Below, piece by piece: positions 25,101-35,855 of a stretch of 64,000 nt of DNA. The first letter of the stretch is position 1, and each line of letters begins with the position of its first letter. The notes under the pieces are model-generated. The model saw only the letters and a program-made list of their open reading frames with translations. It was not told the origin of the DNA and did not search any database. Origin of the DNA: Diadema antillarum (lineage: Eukaryota); assembly GCF_040938485.1 (NCBI RefSeq), contig NW_027271048.1, forward strand, positions 992,001 through 1,056,000, in the 5' to 3' direction. Both the position numbers and the translations under genes were made by a program.

Positions 25101-26984
25101 AGTCTATAATTGTTGGGTTTTATTTTAATTTCCTCACCAGCATCCTCATGGCTAAGCATTGCCCTGGTTGTGTTACAAGTCAGAGGAACGCAAATTGTAC
25201 AGTGTTTTGGATAGGCTGTTGTTGTACCTGCAGCACAATGCTGTCAGCCTCTGTTACTATTAAAGTGAGGCACTCAGATGTTGATCAAAAATCACAAGTC
25301 GTTGATGGTAAGATCCTAGTTGGACAGTCCAGCGTGATTTCAACTCGTGATCTTCATAGTTGTAAGCATTTGTGTGTGCTAAAACGTGTTGTAATCACAG
25401 GTCAGTTACAGTTTCAATCACCAAGCGTAGAATTTGCTCAGTCGTAAAGATGCCAAGTTGGATGACAGCACACACGACCTGCTATTACATTAACTATTCT
25501 CCTCTCATCCAAATTGCCACGCCCATCCCCTCGTCAGATTCTCCTTCTTCCGATTTCACAATGAGGACGAAGCTATCGCCGTCATCAAAAAGTACAACGG
25601 CCGCCTCCTGCGCAGCGGCACCGTCATCAACGTCCTGCCAGCGAAAGAGAAGTCAGAGGAGACACCCAGCCGCGGTCAAGGTGGCAATCCCAAGATGGCG
25701 GATAGACAGAACAACAGAATGGGGGATGGACAGAACAACAACAGATTGCAGGATAGAACGAGGGAGAAAGATCAAGGAGGGGAGGTCATCTTGCAAAATG
25801 GTACAGACGGATTATGCAATTTTAATTTCTTGCTCATTTCTAGACAAAAATAGCTCATTTCTCCTCGCGATTTCGTCGACTGACGATTAATTTTATGACA
25901 CATCCAATAAGCTGCAGCAAATACTGATCATTGTTTTTATTATAGAATATCAATATGTAGATAAAGCAGTGGCAGATCCAGAGGGAGGCGTACCGGGCAT
26001 GCGCCCCCTCTTTATTTTTTGTTTATACAAAAGAAATAGGGGGGGGGGGGTCTTTCACCCCCCTTTAATTTTGTAAAGGAGCCTCCCCTTTACGGAAATC
26101 CTGGATCCACCCCTGGATAAAGGTATATATTTTAAAAAATAATAATAATAAGACAATCCACCATATGGTATTAACATGTCCATAATCTTCATGCTAGGTT
26201 TCGAAAAACCGCCGATGCAAAGCAAGCTGGTTGACATTTTGGTCAGCAACTTGGACAAGGCAACGACATGGGTAAGTAAATTCTTTCAGCGTGGATATGT
26301 TTGAGCGTGTGTTGATTATACCTGTGTAAGAATTAGTGACCGCTATGTCTTATGTTTGAAAGAAGGATATACAATCTTCATCAAAGCGAAGCCACTTAGA
26401 AAGGAGCATAATGTCACCTTTTTTTTCCAGTTTGGATTGTTCCAGATTTTGACATTTGAAGATGTTTGTCTCCATGTGTGGATGATTATTGCAGAGGCTC
26501 AATCATTTACAACTAGTTAGTTTAAACCTTTGTTGATAGTGCGTCAGGACTCAAATAATTATGTTCCTTTCTTTATCTTCATTTGTTTTTTATTAATACA
26601 ACTTTTTTGTTTTGCTTTAATCAACCTCTTGTTTGTTTGTTTGTTTGTTTGTTTGTTTGTTTGTTTTTTCAAATATGTTATTTCTCTTGTTGTGAATGTC
26701 ACGGTATCATATCGTTGTTTTAAGTGCTGTACACTAATATACATTTTCACTGAAAAACATCCCTGAGACTGATAGTGTTGTTGTTTTTTTAACCATACTG
26801 AAATAAAAACAAAGCAAAACTGTGAACTGTCTTCAATATATTTTTGGAATTTTTGAAGCATCAAATAAAGATATGGAAAAAAAAATGGCAGCTCACGATT
26901 CTCAGAGGCAACAGAGTCTTTGATATCAAGAAGTAATCAAAACAAGTGAACACAGTCTTAAAGTCTGTAGTCTGTAGTCATCGT

Positions 26985-27043
<59 letters not shown>

Positions 27044-30000
27044 TATGTATGTCTGTGTCAAAGCCGGTGATATTCAGTATATATGCCATTTCTTCTGTGA
27101 GTATACTTTGTGAATCTTTCAAAGAGATCCACATTATCTTGAAAAATGAAATCATTTTCTTGTACGCATTGTTTTGAAGGTCTGTGAGATTGTGATATAT
27201 CTTTGCTGTAAAGGGTAAAGTCATCTTGATATGGGTTCATCTCAGTATATGACATGCTCATGATATTTCGCTCATCTTGGTCTTTAACAGAGGGAGTTGA
27301 AGAAACACTTTTCAATGTTTGAACCAGTGAGGGCCGATGTTTACCACAGCAAGGCTCAGGATGGGAACGAATGGTGAGTATCCGACCATGCATCATATTG
27401 GGGGGGGGGGGGGGGGGGGGGGAGGGAGGGGTGCTAGTGCTTTTTCAACATAAAAAGGCAGTATGTGGGACTGGTGTAGTCACAAGTCCGAGTTCATGCT
27501 AATCACCCATATTGCCCATACCATGTTCTTGATGACAAAAACTGGGCATGTACACATCTGATTTAATGGCAGCATTGAAGGCAGCATTGATTAAGATGAT
27601 TTTCATTGGGTCCAATTTGTACTCGGTGGATTTGTCGGGGTATGTAAAAGATTTGAAAGGTTGTACATGTGGATTAGTCTAAGAAATCATCTCTCTTGTA
27701 TTGTGTCAAGCTTGGACGCCACTTGCCATGATGCAGACTGCAGTGCAGAGAAACGAATGTCTCTTTTTCTCTCGCCAGCACCCAGGGCTCAGTCTCTTTC
27801 TCCTGCATCACCAATGCCAGCTGCGCCATGAAATCGATGAATGGCTCCTACCTTCGGGACAGGAAGCTCCGCATTGAGCTCAAGGGGTCCGTGCAGGGAG
27901 GAGACGAGGTGCGCAAGACGCCAGGAAGAGAGGAGCGCCCAGCGAACAATGGAATCCCAACGGCTAGTCCATCACCGCAGAAGAAGAACGGGAGCTGGAA
28001 AAAAGGTCTGCAGAATTAAAAAGTGCCTGTCTCAAGATATTTAGGAATCTAAAGAAGGATGTTCTCTGGGATTTGAAGGTGCTAGGGTTATAGTTCTGCA
28101 CCCCACTCCCAAAAGAAAACCTTACTGTATGAGCTGTTATTTTGGTAAGGGTTTCTTTTTTGTGAATTTTGTGAATCACTGTTGGACTGCGAATTTCACA
28201 TGTGAAATCTGCAAAAATATTTACATGAAAATAACAGCCTATACAAGTATCTGCAATTTTCATTACTTCACAGACACATCTTTTTTGGGGTGGGGGTGGG
28301 GAAGGCAGCTGAGTTATAGTTATGTTTTTCGTGTTTGTTGATTTCATCATTCTTTGTGTTGGATCTTTTCTTTGTTTGCAATCATTGCTTGCACTTTAGT
28401 GTTTGAATATGTATGCAATATATCTGTGTATCAGTTAGTGTGCATGTATGTCTGTATCCAAGGCTTTGCCCTAGGGAAAACATGAATACTTTCTGCATGC
28501 CCCTTTTATCTTTAGCAATGGGGAGTAAAATAGATGGTATACATATTTCTGACAGTGAGCTGTATGTCAGTATACAAATAATGACTGCTATGAGGGACAC
28601 AGTTAAAATTATGGGCCCAAGGTGATGTGGTTTTCACATCACCGAGGGCCTACATAATTTTAACTGTGCCCCGAATATCGAGCTGTCATTATTTGTTTTA
28701 TATACCAAAAATATAGATTCCGAAATATAGATACCGAAAATATAGATTCTAGTCTATTTTACAGCACTCGTAATCAACGCTGATCGACAGCACGGCGGTC
28801 GTATCATTGGTGCGTACATATGAGTGATCTATGTGTACGGGGTTGCGACTGTCTCCAAACCTATTTACAGGGCACAGTTGATTCTATGCCCTGGGCACAG
28901 TAAATCATGACGTCATTTTGATCAAAAATGGGGCACAGCTATTTTCATGACTCCACTTTTAACCAATCAGATGAGAGCAATCTACTGTAAAACGAGGAAT
29001 TTTTGCGTGCATTTTAATTTGGCGAATTTCGCGAGCGCCAAAATTCACGAAATTAAAATGCAGGCGAAAGTTTTTGTCTACACTACATGCATTGAACGCC
29101 AGTGGCAATTCGCGAAAATGTCATGCCACGAAAAAGGCTGTCGGCTCCAATTCGCGAATATATCATGTTTTACAGTATATATGAGGTATATAATAGACAA
29201 TATACTTTCTAGTGATGGAAGTGAACTGAAAATGACAAACCAGTAGATGGTCTCATGAAGTTCTCTTTTCATCAGTTTTGATGACAGTCATGCAAAGATC
29301 TTCAAGTGTCTGTCCTGTGACATGGAATTTGTGTAGCTTTCATACTACTATAAACCTCAAATATTTTGTGGTGAGGGAATTTGTGTAATTTTGCACTCAA
29401 CTGAATTATTGTGAAAATGGAAATGTGAGTACTTGAATTGTTGTTGTTTTCAGATGTTTATGTTTGAACAGAAATACTGTTGTCAGTGAAATTATAAACA
29501 AGTGGGGATCAGTGAAATTTGCCCTGATCATGTGAATGAACATTTAGAGCACAAACGTTTCTACTTTCATACATGAAAGCCTCCGTGCATGTTGCATGTG
29601 GGTAGACAGCTTGCAAAGACCAGAAACAAAAGCCTTTTAAGGGGAAGTGAAATTTGCAATTGCTATTTTTTCCACTGTCATGTACATCTTCATTGTTTTG
29701 TTTCTTTCTTTTTTTGTTATTGTTGTTGTTTTCAGGCAAAGGAAAAAATGCACAGTCCAAGTCAAATTTGTCCAAGGATCATGAAGGCAGCAACGCTAAC
29801 AAATCCAGCTCAGATGCAGAATCAATTGACAGTATCTCACCGGAATTAGTGGGAAGAGGTGGAAGCAGGCTCAAATTCAATGTGAATGAGAGAAACGTTG
29901 CCCCAAGTGAATCTTTGGAGTCGTGGGATGCTGAGACCGTAGGGCCAGCGCATTTGAGAGACGGGATTGCCGGGGCTGAAACCTCCGTCCCAAGACCGTG

Positions 30001-30133
30001 CACACCCCAGGGGATCCCCCTAGGGAGGGGCAGGGGGAGAGGGTTGTCGGGTGTGGTCCACCATGAGGGGGTAGTGAAGAAGCCAAACCGTCCAAGCCTG
30101 GCGGACCTAGCAAGCAGGCTCGAGGAACTGTAG
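18555..30133 (+). CDS. LOTUS (OST-HTH) + 2x RRM RNA-binding protein with RG-containing low-complexity tail, ~557 aa; related to TDRD5/TDRD7-type LOTUS proteins, no Tudor domain found
   Basis: join(18555-18760,19757-19866,21105-21170,21843-22030,24403-24461,25538-25800,26198-26271,27291-27373,27779-28005,29736-30133) = 1674 nt, open throughout with matching phases; strong Kozak AAAACCATGG. LOTUS: EEIKKYIRAVLLSKIGGVSLENFCRDYRRLAGKPLVYSDLGFPSLKMCLRSIPDAVR. RRM1: LYTVCVK..EIMELFAEQGDV..KFSFFRFHNEDEAIAVIKKYNGRLL..INV. RRM2: ILVSNLDKATTWRELKKHFSMFEPV..QGSVSFSCITNASCAMKSMNGSYLRDRKLRIEL. Confidence 0.85.
19337..19552. other. Assembly gap (N run)
   Basis: N characters, within intron 1 of the LOTUS-RRM gene after a (GAAT)n run. 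Confidence 1.
19757..19866 (+). CDS. LOTUS-RRM gene coding exon 2 (LOTUS beta-hairpin and extension)
   Basis: cgacag acceptor; FEYSEEAGIWMLYGIGDPNSFMSSAAKKAQIPRPHD; inferred GCAAGT donor, phase 1. Confidence 0.8.
21105..21170 (+). CDS. LOTUS-RRM gene coding exon 3 (Lys/Asn-rich linker)
   Basis: gaacag / GTGAGT; GVKEKKNKKKGNKNKQNQGNDH; alternative same-phase donor after 21158. Confidence 0.78.
21843..22030 (+). CDS. LOTUS-RRM gene coding exon 4 (linker and RRM1 start)
   Basis: ccccag / GTAAGC; DNSSGKEKAK...KGLYTVCVKYSGSMYEHEVPDTIE. Confidence 0.82.
22073..22119. repeat. (TA)n microsatellite
   Basis: Direct reading. Confidence 0.95.
22950..23091. mobile_element. PIF/Harbinger-like MITE
   Basis: CAG|GGGGGCATTTCATGAAGCATTTTGTC...GACAAAATGCTTCATGAAATGCCGCC|CTG. 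Confidence 0.7.
23292..23686 (-). mobile_element. HINE, second family
   Basis: Same termini and shared internal blocks (ACAGCTTGAACCCC, TCCCAGATCACT) as 10760-11206. Confidence 0.72.
24403..24461 (+). CDS. LOTUS-RRM gene coding exon 5 (RRM1)
   Basis: ttccag / GTGAGT; EIMELFAEQGDVIETSISK. Confidence 0.82.
25538..25800 (+). CDS. LOTUS-RRM gene coding exon 6 (RRM1 RNP1 and linker)
   Basis: cgtcag / GTACAG; FSFFRFHNEDEAIAVIKKYNGRLLRSGTVINVLPAKEK... Confidence 0.85.
25967..26115. mobile_element. hAT-like MITE
   Basis: TIRs CAGTGGCAGATCCAG / CTGGATCCACCCCTG; GATAAAG duplicated on both flanks (7 bp exact, 8 bp with one mismatch). Confidence 0.7.
26198..26271 (+). CDS. LOTUS-RRM gene coding exon 7 (RRM2 RNP2)
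   Basis: tgctag / GTAAGT; GFEKPPMQSKLVDILVSNLDKATTW. Confidence 0.83.
26629..26664. repeat. (TTTG)n microsatellite
   Basis: Direct reading. Confidence 0.9.
26987..27046. repeat. (TA)n microsatellite, one interruption
   Basis: Direct reading. Confidence 0.95.
27291..27373 (+). CDS. LOTUS-RRM gene coding exon 8 (RRM2)
   Basis: taacag / GTGAGT; RELKKHFSMFEPVRADVYHSKAQDGNE. Confidence 0.83.
27400..27431 (+). repeat. Poly-G tract in intron 8 of the LOTUS-RRM gene
   Basis: About 23 G followed by AGGGAGGGG. Confidence 0.9.
27779..28005 (+). CDS. LOTUS-RRM gene coding exon 9 (RRM2 end)
   Basis: cgccag / GTCTGC (weak donor); TQGSVSFSCITNASCAMKSMNGSYLRDRKLRIELKG...GSWKK. Confidence 0.8.
28571..28950. 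mobile_element. Foldback element of the same architecture as 30835-31660
   Basis: TATACAAATAATGAC...GGTGATGTG-GTTTT-CACATCACC...GTCATTATTTGTTTTATA hairpin at 28571-28702; right boundary approximate. Confidence 0.55.
28985..29175. mobile_element. TA-TSD MITE family with CTGTA..TACAG ends (best-preserved copy)
   Basis: TA|CTGTAAAAC...GTTTTACAG|TA with TTCGCGA/GCGAA-rich interior; related copies at ~12125-12330, ~28120-28260, 34671-34921, ~42717-42910, ~54067-54300, ~56808-57000, 58723-58941. Confidence 0.7.
29736..30133 (+). CDS. LOTUS-RRM gene terminal coding exon (Ser-rich, GRGRGRG box)
   Basis: tttcag acceptor; GKGKNAQ...GIPLGRGRGRGLSG...PSLADLASRLEEL*. Confidence 0.75.
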
Positions 30134-30834
30134 CAGCACGGACGCGGCGCGTTCATCAAGTTTTGACTCTGCTTCAAAGGCACAGATCTGAGTAGATTCC
30201 AGACATGCTTTGTGTCCACCTTCTCTGAACAAATCTGTGGGGATCATAGCTTGCATACACTGTAGCTGTGCATGTAGCATTTAATGTACAAAAATTTACA
30301 TTTGTGCCAAATGTATGATAGCAAGCATGTAAGCTGGTCAGAAATAAGCCGTGGGTGACTGACATGCTTGGGTAAGTTGACCTTTAACCCTCCATTGCAG
30401 TCCATGCAAACGGGTGTGTCTTTGAAGGCCAAGAATGATGAATTGTGTCCGTTGAGATAGAGAGAATGAGAGAGAAAGTGGAAAAGGTATGAAAAGAGGA
30501 GAGTAGAGCGAGAGAGAGAGAGAGTAGATAGAAGAAAGATGGGGAGAGGGAGGATGATATGAATTTTGCCATGTAGCTAATGGAACATTTCGATGGAGGA
30601 ATGAGTCAAGGGTGGATGAGAGTGAGAGATCCAGGAAAGTGAAGGTGATGAGGTTTTGGGGGACAAAGTTTGTGCCACAAGTGTCAAGCAAGAGCAGGTA
30701 TGTCCTATTGTCAACCAAGAATGCCCGTTTTATGTGAATTGGTGTTTGCACACACATCTTCGGTTATGTTGCCTATTTTTGACATCTCAGCCGAGAAGCC
30801 CCCCGATCCCCATGATCCAGCTTTTGACTACTAT

Positions 30835-31660
30835 TATACAAATGATGCACAGGATAGAGTGCGTTAGTGTAGGCGTAGTGCACTCGAGGGTATTTACAAT
30901 TGTGAAACATGCACGAGGCGAAGCCGAGTGCATGTTGCACTACATTGTAAATACCCGAGAGTGAGCTACGCCTACACTAACGCCACGAAATAATCCTGTG
31001 CATCATTTGTTTTATAAAATGGGTCGAAAATTCGAAAACTAACATCATTTTTCAGCGTTTTTCACGTACCTTTGTGGGTCAAGACGTCCGAAGATGTTCG
31101 TCCCAAACTTTTACGCACGTCGCACTCGCGGAAGTCCCGCACATACAGTATAAGTATAATGGGGGGTTGGGTTTCCGGACACCCGCATGAAAACTTACTT
31201 ATTTTACATAGAATATGCACCCTTTACCTTAAAGACTTGATATAGACTCCTCATATAGGCCTACTAGACAACATACTCTGAAAACGGCGTGAGAATTAAC
31301 CTGCTAAATCGTTGGATTTGCTCTTCAAAGTGACTCCATGTACGCGTCCGGTCCCAAAACGCTTGGTCTACTGTACTGTACAAAGTGTTCGTATAGTACA
31401 GTATACGTACGTACGCCACGTATTATGTTATGCACAAGGGAAGACAGGCCGGCCGGCCGGCAGCCCGAACTAGAAGTTGTTTACAGGATTGACAGCGCGT
31501 ACGCGTATGCATGCAATTCATCAAAGGAGCCGCCGCGCGCACAGACGATCGGCAATCTACCATAGGATTACAGGCAGTGCAGTTGTACTGAAGTAAAGGA
31601 AGGAGGTGTGTCTCATTTCAGCGCTTCCTATTGGCTACATTCTTGAACCCATTTTATAAT
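30835..31660. mobile_element. Foldback element: ~180-bp hairpin module plus IR-bounded internal segment
   Basis: 30835-31016 is a long inverted repeat (TATACAAATGATGCACAGGAT...CGAGGCGAAGCCGAG...ATCCTGTGCATCATTTGTTTTATA); TTTTATAAAATGGG (~31011) and CCCATTTTATAA (~31648) are inverted. Confidence 0.6.
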
Positions 31661-33244
31661 ATACAAATAGGGCATGCTCTATGGTGCACTATACTGGATT
31701 GTAGAATGACAAATGCTAAATTATCCCGAGTGTCATTTTGTTTCACCGAGGCCACAAGCTAAGGTGAAATAGAACTGCACAAGGAATAATTTAGCATTTG
31801 GAGTCCAGTACCGACGCATGAATAGAACGTGCACTGATTGTTATAGTGCAGTAGACCCTTTGATCTATATTATGTGCATGCATTTTGCGTAGGTCAAGGC
31901 CCTACTAGATCTAGACTCTGCTGCTGAATTTGTGCAAGCAGAGTATAACAATAATCTTGCTTACGTACAGCCGTGTATGCCTAGTGCTGAGCGGACTTGC
32001 GTATAAACTGTACTTTTTGTGATGTGCTTTACCCATACCCTGAAAGGCTTTTACGTAGTCCCATGTCCCCCCGCTGTGTATTGCTGCACAGATGATTAAA
32101 TTGTCGTTGTGCCATAAGTGTTTCGGTATCATCACGACCGTACACTATACTGAAATTTTTGCACGATCATGTGATGCAATCTAACCAATCACAGCCCATA
32201 CTATCCTTGACCTATTTACTATAAAGCTATGGGTGGGCTAGACATGCTTGCACACCTCCCACACACATTTTTCATGATACTGGTAGACAGCTGAAGAGGT
32301 GGATCAGCCCAAATTATTCGTGGAGTGTAAGGATGTTGTTGTGTCATCTTTGTCCCATGAACTCTGTATCATTTTATAAACATGACTGGATGTCTCATAC
32401 GTGATCCATCTAAACGTCTTGTTGATATCAGTATTGCACAGCTCCTTTACTATAGTATTCATCTTTAATGAGTCTGTTCACGTAGGTGGTACACTGTAGT
32501 ATGTAAGTCTTAACTTTATCTGTGAAAGTTTATGCATGAATATCAAAGTTTCGAGCTGAGCTTCAAAGAAAACTACACCGTAGGAGTGTACCTACAGTTC
32601 CAATCATGCATGTGTTTGATTGCAACTGGAGTAGATGTGACATTAGTTTTCTCGTCTATTTTGACAAGATTCTTTGGGATTCGCAGTGAATTTAGAAATA
32701 AAACTTAGCACAGCGGGGGGTGAATATGGGTGTATTTTGACTTTCTCAAACCTGCAAATTCAAGTCTTTTAAAGGAGCTACTGAATATACAAAAAGTACT
32801 GAATACACCAAAGGTATATTGCGTGCATCAATGTCAAGGTCAGTGACCTACATGTACAGCACTCTTGTTCTTCAGAAATGCATGGAGTGACTCCCAATGA
32901 ATATTATCATGGCATTCCACAATATGACACAGTTGGTTGTGATATAAATGTGGATTTTTTTTTTTTCACTGCAGCTGTATATATAGAATCTTAAATGATA
33001 ATATTAGAATCCAATTATTAAATATCCGCATACAATTTTAGGTGCTGCAACAAGCGCTCATCCTGGTTGAATGTTATAAAGGCCTCATAGCGTGGGGATT
33101 TATCGAGTGGGAAGGTGGGCCTAGTTTGCATATTATGTTCTAGAATCCCTATATCAGATTGTGTAGACCTTCATCACTGATCTCTATGTAAGCACACACA
33201 CACAGCCGAAGAATCTTGACTGTAGTTGACTGTTACCAAATTAA

Positions 33245-33594
33245 AGGGGATGGCTAGTAACTGATCAGTGGGAATCAGTGGGAATGCTGGGGGATGATTG
33301 TTCCAATTCTTGTGGGATAATCCATGTATTGTTGTGTGAAAATTATTTGCTTCAGAATGATCTCATATTCAAGTAACATGCAGTTTAATGCCCCATCACT
33401 GTACAGGCATCCTAGCCTGGAAACATTAAACTGCACATTACTTGAATATGAGACCATTTCTGAAGCAAAAAATGTTCACACAACGTTAGATATATAATGT
33501 ACTCTTAAACGAATCCCTCAAGAAAAAATTGGAACAATCATCCCCCAGGATTCCCACTGCATGATTCCTACTGATCAGTTACTAGCCATCCCCT
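33245..33594. mobile_element. Kolobok-like non-autonomous element, family C, with ~65-bp TIRs
   Basis: TTAA|AGGGGATGGCTAGTAACTGATCAGT...ACTGATCAGTTACTAGCCATCCCCT|TTAA. Confidence 0.8.
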
Positions 33595-33990
33595 TTAAAA
33601 TTGTGCTTCATTGCACATATTCGCTGACAGGTAACTGACAGGTGCTGTTCATGGATTCAAATGTACCCCGGTGAGCAGCGAATGGAGACCGATTCAATCG
33701 GACCGCACATGTTTCCCCATGCTAATGGTTAACCAACAGTAGCATTCTCAGTATTTCACATTTTACACTGTCAATTTTCTCATTTTATATTAAAAGTGCA
33801 AAGTAAAATGAAATATTCAAAATTGTGAATGAAATTGTGTACATCACACGCTCTCCGTAATATTCCTCTAAAACATGTCCTGAATTTTGAAGTTGAATAT
33901 AATGCATCCCATATAGCGTGTAGTTTACACACCCATGGAAGTACAGATTGTAGGGCAATGTATGTGTATGCCATGTGAGTTAAAGCTGAA

Positions 33991-34372
33991 AGGGATCGTA
34001 CAGTTTTGGTTGAAACCTAATTTCAGGTTTCTAACATTTTTTGGTGAGATAATGAGAAACCTCTTGTGAAATATGAAAGAGCATGTAATCATATAAGGAA
34101 TTCAACGTCTATTTGATGAAAATTGGTTTTGAAATGGCTGAGATATCCAAAAAAGAGCGATTCAAATAAAGTGTGGGACCCACACTTTATTACGCTCACT
34201 TTGTTTTACTTTGTTTTTGGATGTTTCAGTCATTCCAAACCCGAATTTCATCACATAAACTTTGAATTCCTCTTAAAATGGTAAGCTCTGTACTATATCA
34301 TAAGTGTTTTCTTGGTATCTCACAAAAAGTTAAGAGCCCAATTCTCATCTCCACCAATACTGTATTATCCCT
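33991..34372. mobile_element. Kolobok-like non-autonomous element, family B
   Basis: (tgaa)AGGGATCGTACAG...CTGTATTATCCCT(ttaa); nearly collinear with 63272-63653. Confidence 0.75.
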
Positions 34373-34670
34373 TTAAACTGTTGCAACTCAGGCACGGGAA
34401 GTCTCATATCTTATAAGGATTTTTTTTTCTGCCTGTACAGCAGTGCTAGTATTGATTGACACTAAACACAACGGTACATTTATGACATTGTGCTGGTTTT
34501 GTGGAGAAATAATGCACGTTGTTATCACTACCTATTCATGGAACAGCTATTTTTTAATTAAAACATTTTTAAGTATACTAAGTAAATGTGAATCTCTGTG
34601 GTTTCTTATGTATTGTTGTGGCTGTGTGACGTCTATCGTATGTTTTGGTATGTGTTTGTGAGTGTGTGTA

Positions 34671-34921
34671 CTGTATACACCATATACATGTATTTTGCGA
34701 GTCTAATTGTTTTGCAAATCGGGACTTCCAGACAATTTCACGTTTCCAAGTGGTTAAATTTGTGATGTTGTAGTACAGTTACTGAACGGAGAAACGTATG
34801 CATGCACGTCACAGTCATGTAGGGGTCAGAGTTAGTATTTTGCATTTTTAAATTTGCGAATAGCGCCCAACTCATGAAATTTGCAAATATAAAAACCTCG
34901 CAAAATATTTGCCATATACAG
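34671..34921. mobile_element. TA-TSD MITE with CTGTA..TACAG ends
   Basis: TA|CTGTATA...ATATACAG|TA. Confidence 0.6.
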
Positions 34922-35297
34922 TACATGTATGTGCGTGTCTGTGTGTGGTACCTAGCGTTCATTTTTTTTTTTTATTATGCTAAATTAGTGCCAGGAGTAT
35001 ATATCATTTGGGTTCCTGCTATGTTATCTCCATGATTCTCACATTTTCAATAAAATCTCAGTAAAAAGGAGAAAGCTAAAAAATGTGTGTGAATGGATGT
35101 AACGAATAATGTACTTTTCAACAGAGATTTATGCCAAAGACACTTGATAGAGTAAATTGAGGATGCACTGTCCTGACCCCAAAATGGTTTGAGATATAAA
35201 GCTCTATATATTACAACCATTCAAAAAGAAATAATGCCTCTGGTATAGACTGAGAAGAAAACTCCTACTGCACATAACAAAGAAATGGAGAGAAGTA

Positions 35298-35331
35298 TTT
35301 ATTTCGGCAGATAAAGAACAGTTTCTTTATT
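35298..35331 (-). terminator. Candidate poly(A) signals (two AATAAA on - strand) for LRRK1, implying a ~4 kb 3' UTR
   Basis: TTTATT at 35298-35303 and 35326-35331 on +; no splice-bounded coding segments seen between here and the stop at 39306. Assignment is inference. Confidence 0.4.
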
Positions 35332-35855
35332 CCAATGCTAATGTACAGTATGATATCTATAAAAACATTACAAAATTATAAATGATATTAAAGGCAGTGT
35401 AACACACAACATACAAATATTAAAATGCATTTTCGATCATTTCAGAATATAACATCCATTCAAAAACTTGAATTAAAAAAGATTTATTTGTCAGACCTAA
35501 AATATCACAAACAACTACCAATTTATGAGGGTCAGGTTTGTGCAAATTTAGTACGTTTAGTTTCAACCATGGTCCAGAATTCAACCCATGGATATGAAGG
35601 ACTACACTGTATTATCAAGAATACAAGTTCAAGATGTGAAAGAATCTTGTAGTTGCCACTGTCACTGTCACTGTCACTGTAGATAGGATGCATGATATAC
35701 ACATGTATTTCTGCTGATGGAATTGCTATAACAGATATTTTAAAGAATGTATGTATATATACATGTGAATATATATACATACACTGTAGATGGATCAGTT
35801 AAATAAGTTGGCAGACAGATCACACCACATATATATATACAGCAAATTACAGATA

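Noticed and set aside
25372-25890. 172-aa ORF on + strand
   Set aside because: It overlaps exon 6 of the LOTUS-RRM gene in the wrong frame; the RRM-encoding frame fits the splice phases.
30372-30400. 29-nt micro-intron or U12-type intron (CCTTTAAC branch-like motif)
   Set aside because: Too short for normal splicing, and no GTATCCTT/ATATCCTT donor was found to pair with it.
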